Source: Leptospiraceae bacterium
Lineage (GTDB): Bacteria > Spirochaetota > Leptospiria > Leptospirales > Leptospiraceae
Direction of reading: 5' to 3'
Length of the DNA stretch: 38,186 nt
Assembly (NCBI GenBank): GCA_016718635.1
Contig: JADKCW010000009.1
Span: forward strand, 1-38,186
Each line of letters starts with the position of its first letter. The first letter of the stretch is position 1. A model generated the notes under the pieces. The model had not been told where the DNA came from. It was given only the letters and a program-made list of their open reading frames with translations, and ran no database searches. Positions 1 to 10,162 of the stretch are shown here, one piece after another. Position numbers and translations under genes: made by a program.

Positions 1-19
1 CTCACCATTAAACACTTAG

Positions 20-123
20 GTCCAAACAATCGGGGAAGCAGAATCAACTTTTATGGTCTATGGAATGCCGAAAGTCGCAAAAGAAATTGGCGCATTAGAT
101 ATTCAACTTCCGGTTGATAAATA
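20..123 (+). pseudogene. C-terminal tail of a CheB-like methylesterase (fragment at the window edge, ends at a stop)
   Basis: Translation reads ...TIGEAESTFMVYGMPKVAKEIGALDIQLPVDK*. This parallels the C-terminus of the intact CheB at 28966..30045 (...TIGESEQSALIYGMPKVAYEIGGVEEQLP...). An in-frame stop lies just upstream, so only the tail is present in the window. Confidence 0.45.
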
Positions 124-169
124 GCATCACTAATACTAGGATTGATTTAGAGATGCACACAATTGTTTT

Positions 170-480
170 TGGGAAGATAGTTCCGTGCAAGATTTAATGC
201 TCGGGCGTATCTTGGGCGAAGGCCTTACTGTGTTTTGGAAAGAATGGAGCAGAAGCCTATGCGTTAGTCGGAGAGAAAAACCTTCTTTCTCATCATAACA
301 GACGTTGAGATGCCGGAACGTGAATGGTTTTGAACTCTGTCGAAAATTAAAAATAACGATGCCTTAAGGACATACCCGTTGTTATCTGCTCTTCTCTTTC
401 TAGACCGGAAGATATTGTACAGGCATCGAATGCGGTGCAGATGATTACGTCACCAAACCCTATGACAAAAGTATTTAATG
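170..480 (+). pseudogene. CheY-like receiver-domain response regulator, disrupted by multiple frameshifts
   Basis: Receiver motifs can be pieced together across three frames: ...GAEAYALVGEK.., ..LIITDVEMPERNGFELCRKLK.., ..NNDAL.., ..PEDIVQASNA.. and GADDYVTKPYD (read directly from ggtgcagatgattacgtcaccaaaccctatgac). No single frame is open across the domain. Confidence 0.5.
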
Positions 481-879
481 TATCGGTGGAGACGCTTCCT
501 AAATAATCCAATTGCAACTAATGAAGATGTTACTCCGATTAATATAAAATTATGCGGGGAAAAACTTTGAGATAGTAGCAGACCGTTTACATATTTAATG
601 TAGCTGGCACCTACCTACGAAAATTCTCTCAAGCAATACAATGAACTCGTAAGATACTCAAATTGAATAAAGAAATTAAACAAATCTTCCAGATCTGGGT
701 AAAAAAGAAACAGAAGAAGTGTTGTTAAATATTTTACTGGCTTGAGTAGCAAAGGAATTAAGGAGACCGGCAAAGCAAAAGCCGGTATTTTATGAAAGTG
801 CAGTATTCTATTTACGGACTTTAAAGGATTCACCAAATTATCAGAGAAATTTACAACGAAGGTGATTCTCAACTAGACT

Positions 880-1230
880 TAGTTTTTGTTATTTCGATTC
901 TATCATGCAAATCATAAGATTGAAAAGATTAAAACAATTGGTGGCTTTTATCATATTGTGCGTAGCCGTATTCGGAGAAAGACCCAAATCATGCGGTTAA
1001 TATCATTAAGGCGGGACTTGAACTGAACTACATGAACATCGTAAATACAATCAATTCCCAACAAGGGAATTCCCACCATGGGAAATTCGGATTGCCCCCA
1101 CCTCGATCCACTCGTCGCAGGAGTTGTAGGGAACGCTAAGAAATTCTGCTACTGATGTCTGGGGAGATTCGGTAAACGTTGCCAGTCGAATGGAATCTTC
1201 TGACTTTCCGGGCAAAGTGAATATTTCAGG
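880..1230 (+). pseudogene. Class III adenylate/guanylate cyclase catalytic-domain remnant
   Basis: Fragments across frames: ..KIKTIGGFYHIV.. (compare KIKTIGDAYM), ..PLVAGVVGNAKKFCY.. then, after an inserted base, ..DVWGDSVNVASRMESSDFPGKVNISG. This is the hallmark cyclase motif. An in-frame TGA falls inside the FCYDVWG motif. Confidence 0.45.
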
Positions 1231-1499
1231 ATCTTTTTTTTTTTATGAATTGATTAAAGAAGATAATTTTATTTTTGAATACAGAGGCAAGGTCACTGAC
1301 CAAGAATAAAGCAGAAATCGTATGTATTTTGTAAATGCAGCTAAGAAGTAATTAGTCCCAGGAATAAAATTTTAATTTCTTCCGATTTGAGTGTTGTATT
1401 CTAGCTTCCATTTTATTCCAATGGGTTATGAATTTCTCTGAGTATAATTAAGTCCGAGTCCGTGATACAAATCAAAACCAATCTTAGAAAATAGACCTT

Positions 1500-2960
1500 A
1501 TGTTTTTATATTGGATGCAAGCCTATCAAAGATTTGAATCCAACAACCCTCTCGAATTATATGCAATATTTCTAGGAAAAGTTAAACCCAAAGAGTTAGT
1601 AGTCTACGAAGGACTGAGGCTGATTACAAAATGGAAATTCAGAGACTTCATAAGTCATATTAGAAGGAATATTACGATAACCACGCCGGAGCCGCAGAAA
1701 AGCTTGGCATAAATTACTGGAGCTTTGTGGAAACTCCTGATAATCCGGCAAAAGGAATTTTGAAAATCTCCGATAAAGCGTGTGTTGTGGTTACAGATGA
1801 TTTTCCCGCATTTATCATCCCGGAACAAATTTGATAAATTATCCATGAAAGTAGACTGCAAGCTTATCGTAGTAGACTCCAAACAGCATCATTCCAATTT
1901 CTCTTTACGAGAGAACGTGCCTCTGCCGCCCGCGTCCTTCGTCCTAGAATTCACCATTTTCGCAGAAGCCTATGTTCATAGAGCAAGGAAAAAGATTTCA
2001 AGAAAGGCTGATTCAAGATGAAAAAGATTTCAAAGCACCATTCAAAGAATTTAAAATAGAAAAGAAAGACATAGATAAATTTCTTTCTAAAGATAAGTTT
2101 ACTTGGTCCTATAAACCTGTTTAGATAGTTGGCGGATCTAAAATAGCATTAGAAAGAATTAAATTGCTTTATTAAGAATAATTTGAAACTTACTGGGATA
2201 ATAGATCGAATCCACATCTCCCGAAGCTAACACCCCGCTAGCGCGATGTCTCCCTATTTACATTTCGGACATATCAGCGTTGAGACAAGTATTGCCCTAC
2301 TAAGTGCAGACGAAAAAGAAACATGGGCGCTTATTCGACTAAATATTGACCCGAAAGGAGACAAAGATACTTTCTGCAGCAAGAATAAAATCTAAACTCC
2401 TATTTTGATGAACTTCTAACATGGAGAGATTATATTTTCTACTACTCTGGCCCTAAAAGAATTCAATAAAGACTAACTTAGAATACTACCTGATTGGATT
2501 CAAAAATCCTAGTCAAACATGCAACTGGATAAGCGGGATTATCTTTATACAAGAAAAGAGTTTGAAGCAGCAAATACCCATGATCCGCCCTGGAATGCTG
2601 CACAAAAGAATTAATTATCAAGGTAGAATGCACAATTATATGCGAATGCCCTAAGGAAAAAAGTCATTGAATGGTCTAAGACTTACCAAGAAGCATTTGA
2701 TAGACTAGAAGAGTTTAATAAAAGTATGCGTGTGATGGAAGAAATCCAAATTCTTATACAGGCATCCTCTGGTGTTTTGGACTATTTGATAGACCGTGAT
2801 TTCCCAAGAGGTGTTCACGAAATTTACGCTATATGTCTTCTGACTCACAAAGAAAAATTTAGGATGACTGAGTATTTAGAGTATATTGCAAAACTAGAAG
2901 GAAAAGAAGAAGTCTATTTTAAGTCTTCGAGAGCCAAAATAGGTGTTTTGCCCTATTGCT
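1500..2960 (+). pseudogene. Class II CPD photolyase-like gene, heavily frameshifted
   Basis: Fragments found: ..SPYLHFGHISV.., ..DPPWNAAQKEL.., ..GRMHNYMRMY..KKVIEWSKTYQEAFDRLEEFNK... These match conserved class II photolyase motifs (SPYLHFGQIS; WNAAQ; GKMHGFLRMYWAKKILEW). They are spread over at least three frames between 1500 and 2960. Confidence 0.4.
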
Positions 2961-4460
2961 GATCGTGAATGTGCTTCCTTCCAACTCTTCGCTTTCCAAC
3001 TGAATCGAAAACCATACAAAAATCTAAAAATGCTTTTCACAACCAGAAAGACTGAGCCCGGTTCCCTTCGTCTTGGCAGTAAACTCATTTCAGATTTGTT
3101 CAAACGGTTCAAAAGACTCGGACAATTTCAGATTTAGGAATACCTATACCAGCGTCCCCAGCACTTCAATATGGTGTTATCCGCATCTTGATATGAATTT
3201 AAAACCAATTCACGACCATTTTGAGTAAACTTGATCGCGTTGCTACTTAGATTGATCAAAACTTGCTTATTCTCGTTCCATCGGCAAATATAAAATAGTC
3301 TCTGCTGCTATCGACATCTAATTCTATTGTAATATTTTTTTAGCTTGCTATGCTTGTGAATTGACTTCTTTCACTAATGCATTGAGATCAGGTTAGTTTT
3401 ATCTATTAACACTCTGCCAGCATCTATCTTTGAAAATCTAATGGTGTTAACGAGGCTAACAAGTGGTTGCCGCTTTCGTAAATATAAGAAACAAACTTGC
3501 TTTGCTTTCATTTAGTTACCAATCTGCTTCCATCTCGAGTAATTGACAATATCCTAAATCGAATCTCAACGGTGTGTTAAATCCATGAGTAAGATTTGCT
3601 AAAACTCGGATTTTGATTATTTGCCTGCCTCTGCCTGGTCAATGCTTTTAGAAGTTTTTGATTAACTTTTCAATTTCTTCAGCATGTAACTTTAACCCAA
3701 CTTCAGCACGTTTACGATTTGTTATATCATTTCTTAATTCCCCAAATAGGAATGGTTGTCTATTCTATAAATTGAGGTATATCTTCCTCTAACCAAATCA
3801 TTTCATTGTCTTTTCGAAAACGATATCTCTATCAAAACTTTTAGAATTAAACGTACAGATTCAAACTTACCCAAAACCCTATTCTATCTTCAGGTAAATC
3901 CGACTTGAACACAATACATACGTAAACTCATCATCTATTAATGTGTTATCTTGAAATCTACGGACTGAAATGGAAATTGTCACTTAAATCAGCAGTCATT
4001 ATATAAATTCACCGGACATATGTTCGACTAGATTCTTGTATTTGATTTCTTCAAATAGAAGACTTTTCTAGCTCCAATGCTTTTCTTCCAAGAATCGGTC
4101 ATTGTAAAGGCACCGAGAGCCTCGTCGACAGAGGATAATAGCTCTTCGTTGCTCCATGGCTTAGAAATATATCTATAAAGGTTAGCATTATTAATAGCAT
4201 TACTAATACTCGTAGTAGAAGCTTGACCCTAAGTAATATTTTCTAGTATCAGGATTAGTCTTATGAATCTGAATTAGTAATTCATCTCCATTCATAAGAG
4301 GCATTAATCTATCACATATAACTACAGGCAAATCAGTGTTATCCTCATTGCATTTTTTTACAATATCCAACGCTAGCTCAGCAGTATCAACCGCTTGAAT
4401 AGAAAATTCCTGTCCATATTTGCGCATCAATTGTTGACTGAGAGAGGATAGAATAATCAA
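2960..4460 (-). pseudogene. Hybrid sensor histidine kinase (N-terminal receiver, PAS, HisKA, HATPase_c), heavily frameshifted
   Basis: On the minus strand: a receiver fragment (ORF 4203..4460, ..LPVVICDRLMPLMNGDELL..), the PAS/HisKA junction GELRNDITNRKRAEVGLKLHAEEIEKLI (reverse complement of about 3650..3735), an H-box-like THGFNTPLRFDLGYCQLLE, and an HATPase_c region ..KFTQNGRELVLNSYQDADNTIL.. then ..GIPKSEI..FEPFEQ..TAKTKGTGLSLS..LESEELEGSTFTISN. The pieces lie in different frames. Confidence 0.5.
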
Positions 4461-4633
4461 CTCATCGTCTACGCATAATATTACAGGCCTCGGTAACGTT
4501 ATTTATTTTCAGTTTATTGACTAAGTCAAGCTGGAACATAGAATAGTATACTTTTCCAATAATTGCCTAGATGAGAAAAGCACTTTTATTTCAATTCGAT
4601 TTTTTCCAGCTATAATTCGATAAAGAAAATATT

Positions 4634-6740
4634 TTAATTATCCGCGTCGCCATCTATGAAATTTTCCACATACGAAAGCAATTTCTCTGGCTTATTCGCC
4701 TTCTTCCAATTACCCGCAACGAACTTATTTGCTTCTGACATCGTTGGATATGTATGAATTGTTCCTAATATTTTATTTAGACCAAGTCCATGTTTCATAG
4801 CGAGAACATACTCCGCAAGCAAGTCTCCTGCATGTGCGGATACTATAGTTACTCCCAATATTTTATCGGTTCCTATTTTGGTCAGGACTTTTATGAATCC
4901 ATTTGCCTCACCATCGGCAATAGCTCGGTCGAGTTCTCCAATATCATATTGACTCAATTCTATTTCAATATTCTTTTCTTTTGCTTCGGCTTCCGTTAAG
5001 CCTACATGAGCAACTTCTGGGTCCGTGAATGTTGTCAAGGTATAACGCTGTAATCCGCTTTAAACTTTTAGCAAATCCAAAAGTGCATTGACCGAGGCAT
5101 ACCATGCTTGATGAGATGCGGTATGTAAATTGATAAGGTCCTGCCGCGTCTCCGCAAACAAATATATTTGGAAAATTCGTTCGTAAAAATTCATCTGTCT
5201 CAATCGTTCCATTCGGATTTAAGCGAATTCCCAATTCTTCGATTCCAAATCCTTTTGTTCTTGCCTTTCTCCCGATAGCAAGGATTACTTCATCAAATTT
5301 GATTTCTACTTTGTTGCCATTAGCCTCACAAATTACAGAATTCACTTTTCCTTTTTAAATTCTATGGCTTTATGTGATGTTAAAATTTTAGCCTCTTTTT
5401 TCCAGGCTTCCTTTATGAAGGCAGAAACATCAAATCTTCTTTGGGCATGATTCGCTCCCCCATTTCAACTAACGCTAGTCGGAACCAGTCTAGAAAATGC
5501 TTGCGATAATTCACACCAATCGGTCCCCAGGATAGAAGTTTCTGCATTTTTTAAATCCCAGAGCGTCTCGAGGTGAGATATTTTATTTCATTTAGTCCAG
5601 AATATTTGGAATATAAGGCTCCGCACCGAGCGATTACGATTGATTTTGCGCTATATTCTTTACCATTAATAGAAACAACGTAGGGCTAACAATCTTTGCA
5701 TCTCCCGAAAAACATTCTACGCCTAATTTCGTATAACGCTCCACAGAGTCATTTGGTTCAATTTTTTTAACTACACCGGCAACTCTTTTCATTACGGTAG
5801 CAAAATCAAATTCAATCTTTGCAGACTTAATTCCATACTCTGCAATTCTTTTCTCTGTGTGAATTTTCTTAGCAACTGCAATGAGTGCTTAGAGGGAACA
5901 CATCCATAGTTCAGACAATCGCCACCCATCTTATGTCTTTCGACTAACGCAACCTTAGCCTTAACTGTAGCCGCAATATAAGAAGTTACAAGTCCAGCGG
6001 CTCCTGCTCCAATTACAATTAGATTGTAATCAAATGAATTTGGCTTTTTATAGTTCTTGTAAATCTTTTGATTTTTTAAATATGCAATGATGGATTTACC
6101 AAATAAAGGAAGAATGCCAAGGGCAACAAATGAAAAAAGTAGATTTGGAGAAAGAATGTCCTTTAAGGAGCTAATGCTTGCTAGTTGCGTGCCGGCATTT
6201 ACATAAACGATAGTTCCCAAAAGCATTCCAATTTGGCTGACAAAAAAGAAAACAAACACTGAAATGTCTGTTAGCCCCATCAATACATTAATCAAGAAGA
6301 AAGGAAAAATAGGAATCATTCGCAGTGTAAAAAGATAAAAAGCACCGTCTTGACGCACACCTTTATCAATAGCAGTCAATTTATCAGAAAATTTTTCTCG
6401 TAGAGTATCTCGAAATAGATATCTAGAAATTAGAAACTGAGAGTAGCACCAATAGTGCTAGCGAAGGAAACAAGGATTACACCCTTCAGGAGACCAAATA
6501 AAGCACCACTACCAATGGTTAAAATCGTAGCACCTGGCAAAGCAACCGCTACAGAAATTATATAAAGCAAGATATAAGCAGAAATGAATAGAATTTCATT
6601 TTTTGCGCATAATAGCTATTTAACAGTTCTTTATTACTCTTCAAAGATTCAAAAGATAAATATTCTTGCAAACCATAATACCTTGCAAGCACAATGAGTG
6701 CAATCACGGAGAGGATAATCAAGAGTTTCTTTAGTTTCAT
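4634..6740 (-). pseudogene. DedA/TVP38-family membrane domain fused to a class I pyridine nucleotide-disulfide oxidoreductase (dihydrolipoamide-dehydrogenase or mercuric-reductase-like), multiply frameshifted
   Basis: The minus-strand ORFs 6558..6740, 5792..6379, 4965..5345 and 4634..5038 are collinear pieces. They give an N-terminal TM/DedA-like segment, then ..YNLIVIGAGAAGL.. (FAD-binding GxGxxG), ..GGDCLNYGCVPSK.. (redox-active CxxxxC) and a C-terminal dimerisation region (..HTYPTMSEA..). No open frame covers 5345..5792. Confidence 0.55.
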
Positions 6741-6770
6741 ACGGTTCCTTTATTAATATTTTCCATGTCA

Positions 6771-6832
6771 TTCCCGAAATTTTCTATCGGGAATCTCTAT
6801 TACTTGAGACCCCCTACAGAAAATTTAGGGGG
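6771..6832. promoter_or_regulatory. Two adjacent perfect 7-bp-stem hairpins in the divergent intergenic region
   Basis: TTCCCGA-aattttcta-TCGGGAA (6771..6793) and CCCCCTA-cagaaaatt-TAGGGGG (6810..6832). Both loops are 9 nt and contain aaatttt/gaaaattt. They sit between the start of the decayed DedA-oxidoreductase gene (minus strand, 6740) and the GAPDH-like gene. Confidence 0.3.
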
Positions 6833-6897
6833 TGACAAAGAGCGACAACGCTATTTTATTTCAAATTGCCACAGTGCAAGTATTTCGCAAGATGACT

Positions 6898-7961
6898 GGA
6901 ATGAAAGACAAAATTATTTATATCCGCGGAGTTGGAGTGATTGGCTGGCCTCTCGCTGGACTTTTTCTTTCGCTAAAGAATTTACTGCCTGAAATAAAAA
7001 TCGCAATAGAGCCATATAAAATAAATGCGGAAAACATCTATCACTTGGAGCACCTTTGCAAACTAGGCGCTCTGATGGTAGAATCAGATATGAATAGCTC
7101 GAATGAGGCTTCGAAATGGTTTGCGTTAAGATACGTATGCAATGCAGAAGAAATTCGCAATTCCTGTGAAATCGTTCTAGATTGCTCTCCATCTGGTGTT
7201 GCAGAAAAAAGAATAGGCGAATATACAAAAGAAAATTATCCAAACACAAAAGCATTTATCGCGCAGGGAAGTGAGCATACGTTTGGCAAACAGCTATTAT
7301 TTCCTGATAATACCGAAATCCTGGAAAATACAAAGGAATTTTTCTTTCATGTAAGCACGTGCAACACACATACATTATCCGCAATCGTAAGAATATTTAA
7401 CGCTATTCCAATAAAAATTTCAAATACAGATTTTGTAATTATCCGCCGCGACGCAGACATGGCTAAAAATGATCCGCATGTAACAGGACCACTCTTTCAA
7501 TTTCCAGAAGGCTCACACGGAACCCATCATGCAAGACTTTTAAATGAACTCTATAAAACGGTAAATCAATCTTATCCGGTGACATCGAGTGCAATGACAG
7601 TTAATTCTCCGTATATGCATATTACCCGCTTTAGAATAGAACTCGAAAAGAAATCTCACGTAAAGAAATTTTAGAATCCATTAATAACGATCCACTTCTT
7701 TCCTTAACAAGTCAGGTTTCCTCCAATATGATTTTCTCCTCCGGTCGAGAGCGTGGCGAGTTTGGAAGAATATTTTCTCACGCAGTCTTCGTCGAACCAA
7801 GCCTTGAGGTTAACGGTAATATTGTCCGTGGAATTGCCGCTACACCAGGAGATTCGAATGTGTTGATTTCTACGATTTATTCTACTCTTAAAATATTGGG
7901 TCATGAGCGGTTAAATGATATTATGCTTGCGTTGTATGGGAAGGTGTTGAAGAATATTTGA
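6898..7961 (+). CDS. Archaeal-type (type II) glyceraldehyde-3-phosphate dehydrogenase homologue, with one frameshift near 7665..7680
   Basis: N-terminal Rossmann motif IYIRGVGVIGWPLAG. The catalytic region ..FHVSTCNTHTLSAIVRIF..FVIIRRDADMAKNDPHVTGP..GSHGTHHARLLNE..SSAMTVNSPYMHITRFRIEL aligns with Sulfolobus GAPDH ..VVSCNTTALLRTI..ATIVRRAADQKEVKKGP..PSHHAKDVN..MAVIAPTTLMHMHFINITL. The C-terminal part continues in ORF 7728..7961 after a +1 shift. The annotated 6832 start is a GTG inside the upstream hairpin, so an ATG at 6898 or 6907 is more likely. Confidence 0.5.
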
Positions 7962-7968
7962 AGAATAC

Positions 7969-8021
7969 CATGCGAAGGCGCTGGTCGCGAATACTTGGAG
8001 CGAAGGGTGGAATGGACACAG
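7969..8021. repeat. GC-rich dispersed intergenic repeat, copy A
   Basis: catgcgaaggcgctggtcgcgaatacttggagcgaagggtggaatggacacag is shared with 9745..9785 (catgcgaaggcgttgggcgacctagcgcagggtggaaacag). Both copies lie immediately 3' of plus-strand genes. Confidence 0.4.
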
Positions 8022-8063
8022 ATGGACCACAGATAAAAGATTAGGAGATTTACCGCCGTAATC

Positions 8064-8091
8064 GTAGAGACGTAGCGCGCTACGTCTCTAC
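8064..8091. terminator. Perfect 28-bp palindrome (14-bp arms) followed by a direct repeat of gacgtctctac
   Basis: gtagagacgtagcgc|gctacgtctctac. It is GC-rich in an AT-rich setting and lies between the convergent GAPDH-like (plus) and Uma2 (minus) genes. It is a plausible bidirectional terminator, but there is no U-tract. Confidence 0.3.
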
Positions 8092-8097
8092 GACGTC

Positions 8098-8625
8098 TCT
8101 ACTTCACAAAAATCTTCTCAGGTAAAATATCCATACCTTCTATCAACTTTGACTCAATAGAATCAGGAGTATAATCAGTCGAAGCGTGTAATTTGTATTT
8201 GCCGTCAATGAGAGTAAAGACTTCAATCGATTCTATTTCAGGAAACACTAGCCAGAATTCTTTGACGCCGAAGGTTTCGTAGATTTCTTTTTCTCGACAC
8301 TGTCTCTTGTGAGCGTTCCTTTGGAAACTACTTCGATGACTAGATCAGGAGTTCCGTAAATCCATTCACGGAGTAGATGAAGATTTTCTTTTTTCAAATA
8401 AATCAAATCCGGTTGTAGACGAAACTTTCCTTCTTCTAAAATTACGTCTAGCGGAGAAAGAAATACTTCTCCTAAACCATTCTCTTCCACATACCTGCTC
8501 ATATATTTAAAAATATTTGCTACAATTCTTTGGTGATACCCAAAAGGACTAGGTGCCATTCTCTTTTCTCCCTGAATGATTTCAGTTAGATCAAAGTCTT
8601 GGATTGTATCAGTCGTTGTATTCAT
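8098..8625 (-). pseudogene. Uma2-family (DUF820) endonuclease with a single frameshift
   Basis: ORF 8248..8625 gives the N-terminal two thirds (..FGYHQRIVANIF..LQPDLIYL..PDLVIEVVS..). The C-terminus EIYETFGVKEFWLVFPEIESIEVFTLIDGKYKL...KIFVK* continues in another frame. The shift is within gagaaaaagaaatc at about 8290. Confidence 0.55.
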
Positions 8626-8628
8626 AGC

Positions 8629-8652
8629 AGGGGTTGAATATATTCAACCCCT
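8629..8652. promoter_or_regulatory. Perfect 24-bp palindrome 3 nt upstream of the Uma2 start codon
   Basis: aggggttgaata|tattcaacccct. The minus-strand ATG is at 8623..8625. Confidence 0.25.
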
Positions 8653-8835
8653 ACGAATGCAACCGTCAATCAAAAAAATGATAGAACCTAATTACATTGG
8701 GTTAATGAATTAAATCTTGTGCGGTCTATTTGAAATTTTATTCAAAGAATTACATAGTTGATGACAAAAAATTAATATTTTACTGGAATACATTAAGCTC
8801 ATGCAAATTACGAGCCTTACATTACATGAGGAACT

Positions 8836-9736
8836 ATGAATTATAAAAAATAGTATTAGCCGGTGGGACTGGTTTTGTGGGAAAATACCTAAAGACAAAG
8901 TTTAGTGAATTGGGTTACGAAGTAAAAATTATTTCGAGGCAAAATGATAGTATCCAGTGGGATGATATTTCTTCCATCGTTGATGCCCTTGACAATTCAG
9001 AAATGCTAATTAACCTCGCAGGAAAATCCGTCGATTGTCGTTATAACAAAAAAAATAAAGAAGAAATTTTGAAATCAAGAACAGAAACTACCAGAATACT
9101 CGGAGAAGCGATTTTGAAATGTAAGAATCCTCCCGAACTTTGGATCAATTCTAGCACGGCAACCATTTACCGTCATGCGCAAGATCGACCAATGACAGAA
9201 AGCGGTGGAGAAATAGGAAGTGGATTTTCAGTTGGTGTAGCAACTCAATGGGAAAAACATTTTTTGATTTTCAATTACCAAAGACTAGACAAGTTGCTTT
9301 ACGCATGGCAATCGTTTTAGGAAAAGAGGGGGGAGTCATGACACCCTTTAAAAATCTAGTTCGCTTTGGTTTAGGCGGCAAACAAGGCGATGGAAATCAA
9401 ATGTTCAGTTGGATTCATATTGAGGATTTATTTACTATTATCCGCTTCTTACAATCCAATAAAAATATGACAGGGGCTTACAACTGTTCATCTCCCAATC
9501 CAGTTTCCAATGCCACTTTAATGCAATCACTAAGAAAGGCAATGAATGTAAAATTTGGTTTACCATCTCCTAAATTTCTTCTAGAAATTGGGGCAATCAT
9601 GATAAGAACAGAAACGGAGCTAATCTTAAAAAGCCGCTGGGTCATTCCAGAAAGATTACTGAAAGCGGGATTTCAATTTCAATTTTCTAATATTGACAAG
9701 GCGCTAGAAAATATTTTAATAGAAAAAGGGAGATAG
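8836..9736 (+). CDS. YfcH-like (TIGR01777/DUF1731) NAD-dependent epimerase/dehydratase family protein, two frameshifts
   Basis: MNYKK then, after a missing base in an a6 run, IVLAGGTGFVGKYL (Rossmann GxxGxxG). This continues as ORF 8877..9320 and then ORF 9248..9736 (..RQVALRMAIVLGKEGGV..RFGLGGKQGDGNQMFSWIHIEDL..). The second shift is in aaaaaacattttttg. Confidence 0.55.
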
Positions 9737-9744
9737 ACCTCTCA

Positions 9745-9785
9745 CATGCGAAGGCGTTGGGCGACCTAGCGCAGGGTGGAAACAG
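9745..9785. repeat. GC-rich dispersed intergenic repeat, copy B
   Basis: See copy A at 7969..8021. This copy is directly 3' of the epimerase stop codon. Confidence 0.4.
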
Positions 9786-9791
9786 TTCGAG

Positions 9792-10100
9792 GTGACTGAA
9801 ATGAACAAAGAAAAACGAGATTTTATAGAAAAATTAAATGGAAGATTTGGATTATTTGCAATTCTAATTTTCATAGGAGCGGCTTATATTGGTATAACCC
9901 AGTCAGGTCCCGCGAAGGCAATCAATATCTGGCAGGCAAAAATGATGAATGGGCAGTATTATGTTTTACTTTCTACTTTTTTAATTGCACTCCTGTTATT
10001 CATTCCGCTTTTACTTGCCCGCACATTAGTCATTTATTTGCATAACAAAAAATACAAGTCTCAACCAGAAATGCAAATTCCTTATTTTAAAAAGCTGTAA
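9792..10100 (+). CDS. Small hypothetical membrane protein (two predicted TM helices)
   Basis: 102-aa ORF with two hydrophobic stretches (FGLFAILIFIGAAYIGI and LLSTFLIALLLFIPLLLA). No family recognised. Confidence 0.35.
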   Translation: MTEMNKEKRDFIEKLNGRFGLFAILIFIGAAYIGITQSGPAKAINIWQAKMMNGQYYVLLSTFLIALLLFIPLLLARTLVIYLHNKKYKSQPEMQIPYFKKL

Positions 10101-10128
10101 TAGCATAGTTTTTAAATAATTTTATTAG

Positions 10129-10156
10129 TTGACTTGGGTATTACCCAAGTTATACT
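10129..10156. promoter_or_regulatory. Sigma70-like promoter with a palindromic operator for the RHH-MazF ORF
   Basis: TTGACT (10129..10134), a 17-bp perfect palindrome cttgggta-t-tacccaag (10133..10149), and TATACT (10151..10156) 6 nt before the ATG at 10163. Confidence 0.4.
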
Positions 10157-10162
10157 TTTCCT

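Noticed and set aside
615-872. An 85-aa minus-strand ORF could be a gene.
   Set aside because: It shows no recognisable family and low-complexity composition. It lies in the pseudogene region between the receiver and cyclase remnants, so it is most likely spurious.
4790-4999. A plus-strand 69-aa ORF overlaps the oxidoreductase remnant.
   Set aside because: It is antisense to a clearly recognisable flavoprotein disulfide reductase C-terminal domain, and its composition is unrealistic (Phe/Tyr/Cys-rich).
8059-8102. The GC-rich palindrome plus direct repeat might be an IS or integron attachment site.
   Set aside because: There is no adjacent transposase or integrase and no target-site duplication. 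It fits better as a terminator or REP-like element associated with the dispersed repeat at 7969..8021.
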